64,000 nt of DNA. It comes from Leucoraja ocellata (lineage: Eukaryota). The translations under genes and the position numbers were made by a program. The stretch spans positions 12,338,001 to 12,402,000 of the forward strand of contig JAWMAR010000009.1 in the NCBI GenBank assembly GCA_036785375.1, given 5' to 3'. The notes beneath the pieces were generated by a model. The model was not told where the DNA came from and searched no databases. It saw only the letters and a list, made by a program, of their open reading frames with translations. This document shows, piece after piece, positions 48,873 to 61,240 of this stretch. The number at the start of each line of letters is the position of its first letter. Positions within the stretch are counted from its first letter, which is position 1.

Positions 48873-50100
48873 CTGATTCACACAAATGCAGGAGTGAGGG
48901 GGAAGTGGAGCGACAGAAAAATAAGGGTCAGGTGCATTAAATATTTCACAGATGGCCCCAAATAGCATAGTCACAATTCATGGTAATCACACAAGCAGAA
49001 CGACAATAACAAAAGCATTTGAATATTTAAGTGTGTCAAAAATAATGCTTCGATTTATATTGTACATTTAAAAAAAAAAGAGTAGGCTCCATCAAATTGT
49101 GGACAGAAGTTTGAGAAGAAAAATTGAAGTTCGTTAGATTTTAAAAGAATATTGCAGACATGTTAAGAACACACAAGGATGAAAGACTGATACCATCTCT
49201 GGAATTTTAGCTATAGAAAGTCAAACAGATGCTGTCTGAAGTAAATTTAGTCTGTGAGAATCAAAGGGAGTTCAGCAATACTACACACAGAAGGATGCAC
49301 CATTGCAGCCAAGCCATTGGGAATAAAATTGCATGCAAATTCCGGTTGTGAGATTTTCTGCTTCTCTCAATCCCAATAAAACAATACATTTTTATCATCC
49401 ACGTACAGACCAATCCAACATATTGCAAATTCCAATGCTCATCTTTCCGATAACGTCAATTAGTTTATAAGTGCACAATTTAACAAAATAATGTTCACAT
49501 TAAAAGGTCTAAGATTTGAATTGCAGTGAAGAGGAATCCCTGATCTGCATCGTAACAAGTGAAAATATCCTTAAAAATGCCTGGTGCATGTCCAATACTA
49601 AAATCAATAAAACCAAGAATGCCGATGTCTATGTTGTATATATATATATATTTTTTGTTTTAATTTAAGACATTTAAGAGGAGTTTCTTTGCAAGGAACA
49701 TGCAAAATGCTAAGGGTCTTTAGACTCAAGATTCCTTTCTTCTTAGATGACCAATTGGTGCCTCTTCATTAGATGTGCTTCACAGTGATGACCAAATGGT
49801 CTTTCCTGTTTTTATTGCCAATGGTCCCGGAGATGAGGGGCACTGTAAGATATAACATAGAGAAAGTGCACTGAGAAATATTATAGGGAAGCAGTTTCCA
49901 GTTATTGGGCAATTCATAAGTTGTTTGTTAACTCCGAATCAATTATTTCAATATTTTCCCAAGCATTTTTACACCCAGTTTCCTCAACACATTTCAGACA
50001 ATCCAAAAGATTTTTCTGCCCACAATACATAGAAGTTAGTCAAGAAATGGGTGGCAAGGTGGTAGGGTGGGGTTACAAAAACAAAAATAAAGAAACCAAC

Positions 50101-50156
50101 CTTCCTTGTTCTTTCAGGAGAGACAGAAACTTGTTAACACGGTATTCAGGTCCCAT
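50101..50156 (-). CDS. NSF: NSF (vesicle-fusing ATPase) penultimate coding exon, 56 nt
   Basis: Minus strand reads tatgtttcag|ATG GGA CCT GAA TAC CGT GTT AAC AAG TTT CTG TCT CTC CTG AAA GAA CAA GGA AG|gttggt = MGPEYRVNKFLSLLKEQG, matching vertebrate NSF MDPEYRVRKFLALLREEG. Canonical splice sites; position fits the known WNT3-NSF tail-to-tail linkage. Confidence 0.9.
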
Positions 50157-50520
50157 CTGAAACATAACCAGGATAGATATGATGTTACAGTCAGTAAATA
50201 AACAAAGTAGCATAATCTGCGGACATGATCAGCCAATGTGAAGAGCAACAAATGAAAACCTACATTCAGAAAGCCCTGTTCAAGCCCTGGTGTTTAAGGA
50301 ACCAAAATCCAGAACCTGAATTCTGGAGCTAACTCAATGGTGGCTGAGGTAACTTGTGCCAAAGGTGTTGACAACTAATATTTACACAGAAGAGCAAACT
50401 GGAACTTTTTAGCGAAGTCTTCTCCCAAATTTTCCCTACTTGCTCCTCTTCTCCTAAAGGCATCAGTTCTAACTAAAAGGCATTCTGACGCCATCAACTG
50501 AATTTCAGCTGTCAGAGATG

Positions 50521-50558
50521 AAGGCATTCTAGACACAAGGCATTCTAGACACAAGGCA
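50521..50558. repeat. 16-bp tandem duplication
   Basis: AAGGCATTCTAGACAC twice plus partial AAGGCA. Confidence 0.9.
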
Positions 50559-50670
50559 AACAGACATGACTACAATACTACTTTTTAGTAACCAGTGATA
50601 GAAGTAGTAAAGATAAATGTTGAAGTGCAAATCTGAACATTAGTGGGAAACTGACAGATGTAACAGCTTG

Positions 50671-50871
50671 AAATGTGGAGGAAGGAACTGCAGATGCTGT
50701 TTTAAACCGAAGCCAGACATAAAATGCTGAAGTAACTCAGCAGGACAGGCAGCATCACCGGAGAGAAGGAATGGGTGATGTTTCGGGTCTCGACCCAAAA
50801 CGTCACCCATTCCTTCCCTCCAGAGATGCCGCCTTCTCAGCTGAGTTACTCCAATATTTTGTGTCTATCCT
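50671..50871. repeat. Penelope-derived palindromic insertion (older)
   Basis: Inverted arms around gtttcgggtctcgacccaaaac; TSD agat(gt/aa)aacagcttg at 50656-50670 and 50872-50886. Confidence 0.78.
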
Positions 50872-53039
50872 AGATAAAACAGCTTGTCTGAATACATGGG
50901 GTGCATGAGAAGGGAATGTTGACAGGATATTGATTGATCTTATGGTTTTTATGCTAATAACTGGCTATACGGTTATAGCACGAGTAAATAATACAAACTT
51001 TGTAGCAAGAACCACTAGATAATGTATTGGAGTAAAAATGCCCAATGACTTCCACTGACCATCTGCTCCCCTCTTCTTAACGCAGGGGATCGACACATTT
51101 CAATGGAGTAGCAGAGACCATTACTGACTTGATCAGTTCTCTTGTACCAGATAAAGCACCATCTTAGACTTGAGGGGAACAGGCCATTAATTCCTCTTGC
51201 AGGAATCCTGTGCTATTTCAACCATTCATTGACACATCTAAGCTACACCATCAATTACTGCCAATGGACAATTATTGCAGGTAACTTTTCCTGGGCCCTC
51301 TACAATTCTTTGAGAAAGAAAATTAGCTTGAAACTAGAGAGAAAAATTCCACACATTTCAAAGGAGCAAAAAATGATATATTTGAAACTACTAAAAATAC
51401 TGAATTTACCTTTTATTATTTTAAACATTCTATTTTACATTTAAGCAACTAATTAATTTTTCTACATTAAATTCAAAGCTAATTATGTAGGAAATTTGCT
51501 CAATAATTTCAATCTTAATCAACAAATCCCCCAAAATAATTTGCCTCCAAAATGCAATTTATGTACTTGAATAATTTCTGCCACTGAAATTATCACATTC
51601 ATGTTTCATCATCAAGAATATGTGATCAAAAGCAAGTGATTCTCAAGGCTAGCAATGGGTACACAGTAAGAGAATGTTATAAAATATTAGGAGTTAAAAT
51701 GCATGCATAAAATACAAGATAAAAACAGCTGAACAATTTTAAGATGATGTGGACTTCTATGGTTAAGCCAAAAACTGATGAGCACATTGGAATTTACAAA
51801 GCTCTCCAGCCAAAACAACAATTAAATGAAGAATGACTCAGGACTCTTGCTTAACAATTCGACTTGGGGGATCTGAATGTGCAGTGTTAGACTTTGTAAC
51901 TTTCACCAAACATCTAGACTTAAATCCAGCCAAGACTGATCAAGGAGGAGCACTCTCAGTGACTTTTAAGAATTTCACTTGAAATAAGTACAAATAATTT
52001 AACATTTACAGATAAATAATCACATATATAAAGGCAACCAAACTTCAACTATTAAAATTATATAAATTAATTTTACTCCATTTAAGGTAGTCACCATTGT
52101 GAATGTGAATCGTGAATTTATAGTGGCACAACTAATCGAAGAATATGCAAGAAACATTAAAGGAAGAAGGCTTTCGTTAAGGGGGCAGTACCAGATGACT
52201 TTCTTTTGTTTAACATAATTATTTTCCACTTCATTGTGCCAATTTTCATTTGAGAAATAATTCCGCTCTTTGGATTTTTCTGACCTGTATATAATCCATA
52301 TATCTACTAAATTCCTCATGAGGATTACAATGAGGATTACCCAACATTTTGTGCAACTTCCAAATCTTCCTGCTGCTCATTGTGAAGTCAGGGAGCATCA
52401 AGTTTACACAGAGGCAGCAGAGGATAAATGGTTTTGTTTGGGAATGAGTTAAGGTGAAATAGCTGTATTCCAATGGCCAAAGATTTTTTTAGAATTCCCT
52501 ATCTGAGAGCTCTGATGGATGTCATTAGCTGATTATATTGATTTTTGTAATTGATGGCAAGGATGTGGGGAGACATCAACATGGAAGAGATGCTGCCATA
52601 ATCTTACTGAATTTCACAGCAAGTTTGAAGGATCGAATCCTGCTTGTATGCATAAATTAGGAGCTGGAATAGATCTTTGACCTCTGAATTGTTCCTCCTT
52701 TCCATCAGATATTGCTGATCTGATCCCAGCCTAGATTCCACGTTCTTGCTTTTACTCTCTTTGAACCCAAATATTGGCTTCTATTCTACATGTTCTTCAC
52801 CATTCGAGGTGGGAATAAGCAAATTAAATGCACTCTTCATTCTATTTATATTGATCCACACCAGCTGGTTAGCTGGTGTGTTAATCTATAAAAAGGAATA
52901 TATTTCATTACTGCATCCCAACTTCTTGGGGTCATTCATTTACAAGGATATTTGTCATTTGGGGTACACATCCTCATATACATGGGGTGAGAGCTTGCAG
53001 TGCAAACACTAATGAGGGTTGTGTACATACTCAATACAA

Positions 53040-54760
53040 AAAAAATCTAGTTATCCTACGAGAATCCTAAGAGATTCTATTGGTATATTAAGAGTAAAAG
53101 GGTAACTATGGAAATAATAGGTCCCCTGTAGATTCAATGCTATCATATGTGTGTGAAGCCACAGGAGGGGAAGGTGTTAAATGAATATGTCTTATCTGTC
53201 TTTACCGTGGAGAACGTCGTGGAAGCTAAGGAATAAAGGGAAATGAAGAGTGATACATTGGGGCATATCCACATTGCAGCAGAGTAGGTGCTGGTGTTCT
53301 TGAAGCCTATCAAGGTGGAAAAATCCGTGAAGCTTGATCAAGTGTATTCTGGGACAGCTAAGGAAGATATTGCAGTGGCTCTGGCAGAGATGTTTGCATT
53401 ACTTTAGCCACAAGGGAAGTACCATAAGACTGGAGGAGGGTTATATCATGCCTTTATTTAACAAGGGCTGCAAGGACAAGCTCGGGCAATACAGGACGGT
53501 GAGCTTGACAATAGTTGGGGGATGGATTCAGAGCACCAGGATCTACCAGAATTTGGAAAGATTATAACTGATTAGAGGTAATCAGCATGGCTCTGTGCAT
53601 CGTGCTTCACAAATTACATTCAGGTTTTTGTAGAGATGACGAAGGGGATTGACACGGGTGGGACAGTAGACGTTGTCTGCATAAACCTTAGTAGGGCGTT
53701 TAACAATGTCCTGTGTAGTAGGTTATCCTAGAAGGTTAGATCACATGGTGCAATAGTCAAATTGATACAAAATTGACTTTGTGAAATAAGGCAGAGATTG
53801 GTAGTGGAGAATTGTTATTCAGATTGGAGCACTGTGCTTAGTCCACTGTTGTTAATATAGGATGTTTGCAGATGACACCAAAATTGGTGATTTGGTGGAC
53901 ACTGGAGGTGGCTACCTCAGGTTACAATAGTATCTGAATGAGCCTAGTGGGCCAAGGAATGGCAGATGCAATTTAACTCATACAAGTATGCGGTGTTGCA
54001 TTTGGTAAGTTAAACCACGGCTGGACTTACACAGTAAATGGTAAGGTTCTGAAGAGTTTTCTGAAACTCAAAGACTTAGGAATAAAGGTACATAGTTCCC
54101 GAAAATGATGGCGTGGGTGACGACAGGGTGATGAAAATGGCATTTGACGCACTTGCCCTTCATTGGTCAGGGCATTAAGTCCAGGTGTTGGATATCACGT
54201 TGCAACTTTGCAAGTCATTGGTTAATTCAAATTTGGAGTATTGTTCATAGTTCTGATCAGCCAGTTTTAGGAAGGATTTTATTAAGCTGGAGAGGTTGCA
54301 AGAAAAATTCTCAAATATGTTACTGGGACTGGAGGAATTGATTTATAAAAAGGTAAATAGGCTTGGACTACTTTTTCCTGGAGCGTAGGAAGCTGAGGGG
54401 TAATCTTATCAAAGTATATAAAATCAGTAGGGCTGTTGTTAAGTAGGATGGTCACATGATATGGAACTACAAATATTAGAAGACGTAAACTTCAGGGCAC
54501 AGCAAAAGATTTAAAAGAGAATTAAGCCCCAACTTTTCCACTCAGAAAGTGGTGGATATACAGAGCAAACTGCTAGTTGAAGCTGAAGAAATGGGTACAA
54601 TTACAATGGTTAAAATATATTAGTTCAGGTGCATCGATAGAAAAAAATTAAGAGGGATATGGGCCAAAACCAACTAAATGGGACTAGCTTGGATAGATAT
54701 CTTGGATGTCAAGAATGAATTGGGTCAAAGGGCTTGTTGCTGTGCTTTAAAACAATGACA
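53040..54760 (+). mobile_element. Degraded CR1-clade LINE 3' half
   Basis: Remnants PLFNKGCKDK.G.YRTVSLT, tttgcagatgacaccaaaattggt (FADDTKIG) and tggcagatgcaatttaa, plus a CR1-type 3' UTR; many stops and indels. Confidence 0.85.
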
Positions 54761-55409
54761 TTTTCCAGTTTGTACTACTCATCTGCACATGAGGCAATTT
54801 ACAGTGGCCAATTACCAGCCAATTTGTCTTTGGGATGTAGGTCAAAATCAGAAGAGCCAGTTGAACCCACGCAGTCATGGAGAGAATATGTGAGTTCCAG
54901 ACCCAAAGCAACCCCTTTAAAACAATCTTCCTCCCTGCTAACACTTCCACTGAACATGGGGAATCAGTGGAATTAAGTTAAACCTGTGCCTCTTTGTTAT
55001 GCTTCCATCCAAAAGTTCCTGTGCACTCTTCCAATACATCTGGCTATTCGCATTTCTTTCAGATTTCAACCCAATTTGTTGCGATTGGCTCATTAGAAAC
55101 ACACACAGTCCAGCTATTTCAGGATGGGCAGATAGACTAAAGCATTGTGGCTCTTGATAACTGTTTTATGATGCATTAAAACATTAAATACAAAAATATG
55201 ACATATTTTTTAGAGAGGAGCTCACTAATGACAAACTGCAGCCAGCATCTCAAAACAAATGCACAAAGCTGCATTTCTCATTCATCATTTAGTTATTTCA
55301 TTATTTTCCCAATCATGGTAACACTTAAACAATTCACTTTTCTGTGAGTTGTAACTATTTTGAAAGCACGGACAAAAATACTGATTTGAACCATTAGGAA
55401 GATCAACCC

Positions 55410-55960
55410 TAGATTAACTGGGAAAGTGGATCAGCTCCAGATCAACTGGAAAAGTGGGCTATGGAATTGCAGATGGAATTTCATAAGTTCATAAATTATA
55501 GGAGCAGAATTAGGCCACTCGGCCTGTCAGGTTTACTCCAACTTTTAATTATGACTGATCTATCTTAACACCAAACCTCTCTACACCACTTTCCTGCCTT
55601 CTCTCCATAACCCTTGACATCCGTACTAATCTGAATTCTATTCAGATAGTGCATAGTGTTGCATTTTGGGATGTTTACTCAGTGCAGGACATACATATTG
55701 AATGGCAGGGCTCTGCAGAGTGTTATAGAACAGAGATACCCAGGGGTGCAAGTACATCGTTTCTTGAAAGTGTCGACATAGGTAGACAGGGTGGTGAAGG
55801 AGACATTTGGCACACTTGCTTTCAATGATCAGAATACAAGAATATGGATGTTATATTACAGCTGTTGAAGCTGCATTTGGAGTACTCTGCAGTTCTGGGT
55901 GCCTAGCTAGAGGAAGGATGTTATTATTCTAGGAAGAGTGCTGAAAATATTCACAAGGAT
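55410..55960 (+). mobile_element. CR1 fragment split by an antisense CR1-tail insertion (about 55481-55632)
   Basis: gcagatggaatt|...|gaattctattcagatagtgc...gttgcattttggg rejoins across the insert; GAATT is duplicated at 55476-55480 and 55633-55637. Confidence 0.7.
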
Positions 55961-56479
55961 GGGTGCCAAGAGTAGATAACTACTATTTTTTCTTTCTCCC
56001 ATATTCAAGTAACTCCTTAAGAGTAAAAACCCTACGTTATGAAGCCGCACTATCCAGTCAAAACATGAAAACTTCTAATTAACTAATGAGCAATGAATCT
56101 GGCAGTTTTCTGCTAATTTTTATATTGTTGAGTCATAAAAAGTATATTTTCTGTAGACCAGTACGATATCCACTCTTCATCTTGGCACCTTTGTCTCAAC
56201 TATTACTCTGATTTTGCTGGTTTCAGCTAATGGAAAAAGAACATTCCAGAGTGACAGTTATAGCCACCAGCAAAAAAAAAAAAACACTTTCTGCCTAATA
56301 AACATTAAATCCCAGTCTTGTAACATGACCTAACTGGCAACAGGTTACCTGAAATCATATTTCGTATATAGAATCAAAATGATACACCACTAGCAGTTGT
56401 TTGTATCACTGCTCTGTGTCATGCATGCATCACAGAAAATAATTTTGCTAATTGCCACTGTCACAGTTCACATTTGGGC

Positions 56480-57920
56480 CTTCCTTTCCTTTCAAAAGCA
56501 TTTGAAAAGGTAATCTTATGCCTTACCTTCACCAAAATACTATCTTGGAAACTTTCCAATCAGGTTTCAGGGCCCACCACAGCACAGAGTCTGCCTTGTT
56601 GAAGGTACATAATGACCTACTGCTCACCGTTGACTCCGGCGACTGTGCACTCCTGCTCCTTCTCGACTTCAGCGCAGCATTTGATACTGTCGACCACACC
56701 ATCCTAATTGACCATCTCCGGTAGGGGGTTGGTATTGATGGCACTGACCTGAGCTGGTTCATCTCCTACCTCAAAGGTACGAGTTTCTCTACTAACGTAG
56801 GCAACTCTTTCTCCTCCCCAGCTAGCCTCTGCTGTGGGGTTCCACAAGGTTCCATCCTTGGTCTCACTCTCTTCTCCCTGTATATGCTCCCCTTAGGCCA
56901 AGTCATTCAAAGGCACGGCATGTCCTTCCACTGCTGTGCAGACGATACACAACTCTATCTCCCCCTGAAGCCCAACAACCGATCTAATCTACTTAACCTT
57001 TTCCACTGCCTCGAGGATATAAAGTGTTGGATGGCCCAGAACCTCCTCCAACTAAACGAGAGTAAGTCTGAGGTCATCCTTCTCAGCCCCTCGGACACAA
57101 TCAAAATGATAGCAGGCAGCCTTGGAAGCCTTACCCCATTACTACAACCTCACGTCAAAAACCTTGGCGTGATATTTGACTCAGCATTGAAATTTGACAA
57201 ACAAGTCAATGCCGTGGTAAAAGCTAGCTTCTTCCAGCTTCAGATGATAGCTAAAATAAAACAATCCCTACAGTTTAATGACCTCGAAAAGATCATCCAC
57301 ACATTTATCTCCTCCCGCCTAGATTACTGCAACTCCCTTTACACTGGCATCAGCCAATCTTCCCTGTCCCGCCTGCAACTGGTTCAAAACGCCGCAGCGA
57401 GACTCCTGACGGGCACCCGAAAAAGGGACCACATCAACCCGATTCTGGCCTCTCGCCACTGGCTCCCTGTGTGGTTCCGAATAAATTTCGAAATCCTCCT
57501 TTATGTCCACAAAGCCTTTAACGGGCTTGCCCCCACCTACATCAAAAGTCTGCTTACCCACCACACCACCTCCAGGTCCCTCAGATCGGCAGACTTGGGG
57601 TTACTGAACATCCCGTGGTCTAGGAATAAGCTCAGGGGCAACCGCGCCTTTGCGGTTGCAGCTCCTAGACTGTGAAACAGCATCCCTCTTCCCATCAGGA
57701 TTGCCCCCTCCATCGACTCCTTTAAGTCGAGACTTAAAACTCATCTTTAGTCTCAAGCCTTTCTTGACGTCCTCTGAGTGAGGGCTATATGTATGTACTT
57801 ATGTATGTACTTAATCTATGAACCAATGTTGTATAACGTTAGTACCGCCACCAATGTAAAGCACTTTGGCCAACGAGAGTTGTTTTTTAAATGTGCTATA
57901 GAAATATAAGTGACTTGACT
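56480..57920 (+). mobile_element. 5'-truncated L2-clade LINE (RT and C-terminal region plus 3' tail)
   Basis: LPFLSK.FEKV, FQSGFRAHHSTESALLKV, LLLLDFSAAFDTVDH, GVPQGSILG, CADDTQLY, SRLDYCNSL, LQLVQNAAARLL, HWLPV, RAFAVAAPRL. Tail gtaaagcactttgg...aaatgtgctatagaaat-(tgact)n. In-frame stops at 56722, 57673 and about 57748. Confidence 0.93.
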
Positions 57921-59039
57921 CTTAACTACTGCTTACATTTTGATTAGTTTCACCATAACTCAAAATCACAGGAACAAAGAAGATTGCACAGTGCTGAAAC
58001 TGCCCAGATACACTGTACTGATCTCCCCTCCATCAAAGGGATCTTACAAGAGTCGCTGCCTCAAAGATGCAGCCAACATCATCAGAGACCCACATCACCC
58101 TGGCCACGCATTCATTTCAGTCCTGCTATATTGAAGAAGGTAAAGGAGCCTGAAAACTGTAACGTCCAAGCAGCTTCTTTCCTACTGCCATCAGGTTATT
58201 AAACACTACAACCTCCAAAGAGGTTCCGAACTACATAGACTTGGGGACATTATTTTTACACTATTATTGTCTATTTTTTTGTCTGTTTTTTTTAAATTAT
58301 ATATACTGAACATTTTCTTGTTGTTTATTATGGGTTTTACAGAGTACTATGATTGCATATCTTTTGTGCTGCTGCAAGTAAGAATTTCATTGTTCAGTTT
58401 TGGCAAAACACTCTTGACTCTTATGCAACTGAATACGTATCAAGATCATGACCATAATGGTTTGATGTATTGCAAGTCTTCCAACATATGTTGGTTGCCT
58501 GTTCCAGAATCCATTAAAATAAAACAATCTCATAATGTCCATTATTCCATGGGCTCAATGAAACCTATACTTACTATCTCCAGTTCGGCATATCTGCCTG
58601 AGCTCACCAAATTCTCCAACTGACCTGACACTCCTCCATTCTACTCCTTGTAAAGGCATTAGCCACCAAAATCCCACCATTTGCAGTGGCCCCTTGTAAA
58701 CGTTTATGCCTCTCTTGGCTTCTTTGACTATTTTCATTTATTTCACCAGATTTGTAGCTACTTTTCCATATCTCTTCCTTCCAAGCTCAGTGTCAATTTT
58801 CATGTGTACCTCCCTGGGATGATTACCAAAGAAAAACAGAAAATTATAGAAATGTTTAGTAGACTATGGAGATAGAAACCAAGTTTGTGTTTCAGCCTGA
58901 CGATGATTATTTTATCCGCAAAGATCATTATGAATACAAAATAATATAAACACCAATATGAAAAAAAAACAAGCCAGGAGCATAATACTTCAAAGTAAAT
59001 TCAGCACGATGAGCAAGAATAAAAGCAAAATATGCTGGG

Positions 59040-59325
59040 ACCACAGTTTAAGAATAAGGGGTAAGCCATTTAGAACGGAGATGAGGAAACATTTTTTCTC
59101 ACAGAGAGTTGTGAGTGTGGAATTCTCTGCCTCAGAGGGTGGTGGAGGCCGGTTCTCTGGACAGTTTCAAGAGAGAGCTAGATAGGGCTCTTAAAGATAG
59201 TGGAGTGAGGGGATATGGGGAGAAGGCAGGAACGAGGTACGATTGGGGATGATCAGCCATGATCACATTGAATGGTGGTGCTGGCTTGAAGTGCCGAATG
59301 GCCTACACCTGCACCTATTGTCTAT
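59040..59325 (+). mobile_element. Young CR1/HER1-type LINE 3' end
   Basis: HSLRIRGKPFRTEMRKHFFSQRVV ORF2 end plus 3' UTR and ctattgtctat tail; inserted in an older Penelope-derived repeat. Confidence 0.85.
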
Positions 59326-60937
59326 CACGCAGCATCTACGGAAAGAGAATCAGTTAATGTTTCAAGTCGGAGCCCTGTCAGAGCTGACGAGCATCTTAAA
59401 ATGGATGAATGCTCCAACTTTGTTATGCAACAACCAAAAAGTATTGGCAGTACTTTGTTCCAAGTTTCTGATTCACACATCTCATCTTCCAAATGTGCGT
59501 GAGAGAAAATTAGCTCTTTAAAACTTTAGTGAAACATGGTCTGCCCAGTATGGTACTAAACTATAAATATCTGAACAGTTTCAGATTAGAGCTATGACCA
59601 TTGTTAAATACAATGACTAGCCAAGGTGTCCTGGTATTGGTTTTCATCAGTGTTCACTCTCCAACAGCCAACCCGTCAAAATAATCTACATGAAATCCAG
59701 GTAAGGCATAATCACACTCATTCTACAACATTTGTCTGTCGGCCCTTTTATGTTAAAGACAGGCAAAAATGTTAGTTCTCTTACTTGCAAGAGCCAGACT
59801 AGAATTGGTCCCCATGACAGAGGAGTTGCCATTTAACAGAGTACCGAGCAGGGTACTAGGCCATTCAGGGCCATGAAGTTTCGGAAATACAGGCCATGAA
59901 GGCAGAATAAAAAGAGGTTCAGATGGAACATAAATGAATCAAATCATATGATTTGTTCCTCTGCTATCGGCTCTATATATTGCGCTGGCGAAAGATATTA
60001 ATGATACCCCATTTTTATCAGCTGGATACAGCTACCCTCCCTCTCCTCCCACTCCACTGTAAGATGGGACATTACTAATTACTAACATATGGGTTAAGTG
60101 TTTCTGTAAAATTTAAACTTGCAAAAATAACAACTATTTAAACAGTTCAGTTCTGTCATGAATTTCCAGACATATTTTATTGGACTGGGCAGGAACCCAG
60201 TAGCAGTCAGTACTTGTAGGCCCTTGCCCTGTGAAGTATTTCTTACAATATGCATTAACTCTGCTCCTAGCCCTCAGCTATGGAATTAAAATGAAAAAAA
60301 AAGTAATCTAGATAAATGGCTTTATTCCCTGGGGAGATATCTTGTCACTACAGGTCCTCGTTAGTGTACAAGTTAGAACAAAGATGGAAGAAGCAAACAG
60401 GAATCCACATAACCACAATTAATCTTAATACATACCTGAGTCTCGATTAAAGGTGATATAGATGACTACCCTCAAAACCTATGGTTTTTCCTCAATTCCT
60501 CAACACTGTAAAATCCTACTCTATTAAACAATCCTAACCTATCCCAGTTCCATCACACATTGGTAAAAGCAGGAAGATCTCAGATTAATGGAGATGGGTT
60601 TAATAGAGAGTTTATGGTTGTCATTTTATATGAATTTAGAATGCTCCCATTGAAATCTCCAAAATTCAGAGTAACTTTTATTTTTCATACTCATGATACA
60701 TAGAAATAGCTGACGACTATTAAAAACTGATGTTATTTACGTCCATCCCTGCCCACCCAAGCTTCACTTCAGCACTGCTATTCAAAAGAGAAAATATATT
60801 TGAGACAAGGCACTGCTCTTGCTGGAATGCACCAGTCCCTCACTAAACTAGATACGTGTCTAAAGACCCTAGAGTGCCACTATGCGCCCTAAGTCACAAA
60901 GATCAAGTGTGGCAACCTTCATTGGTTTGACCCAGTA

Positions 60938-61240
60938 GGCACAGCACGACGGTGTAGTGGTAGAGCTGCTGCCTTACAACACCAGAGACCCGGGTTTGAT
61001 CCTGACTACAGGTGCTGTCGGTACGGAGTTTGTACATTCTCCCTGCGCCCGTGTAGGTTTATCTCCGGGTGCTCCGGTTTCCTCTCACACTCCAAAGACG
61101 TACAGGTTTGTAGATTAATTGGCTTTGGTAAAAATTGTAAACTGTCACTAGTGTGTAGGATAGCGTTAGTGCATGGGGTCGCTGGTTGGCAGGGTCTCTG
61201 TAGACCAAAGGATTTGTTTCTGCACTATACTCTAAAGTAA
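60938..61240 (+). mobile_element. V-SINE (HE1-like)
   Basis: ggtagagctgctgccttacaacaccagagacccgggtttgatcctgac...ggagtttgtacattctccc...gctccggtttcctc...caaagacgtacaggtttg plus tail. Confidence 0.85.
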
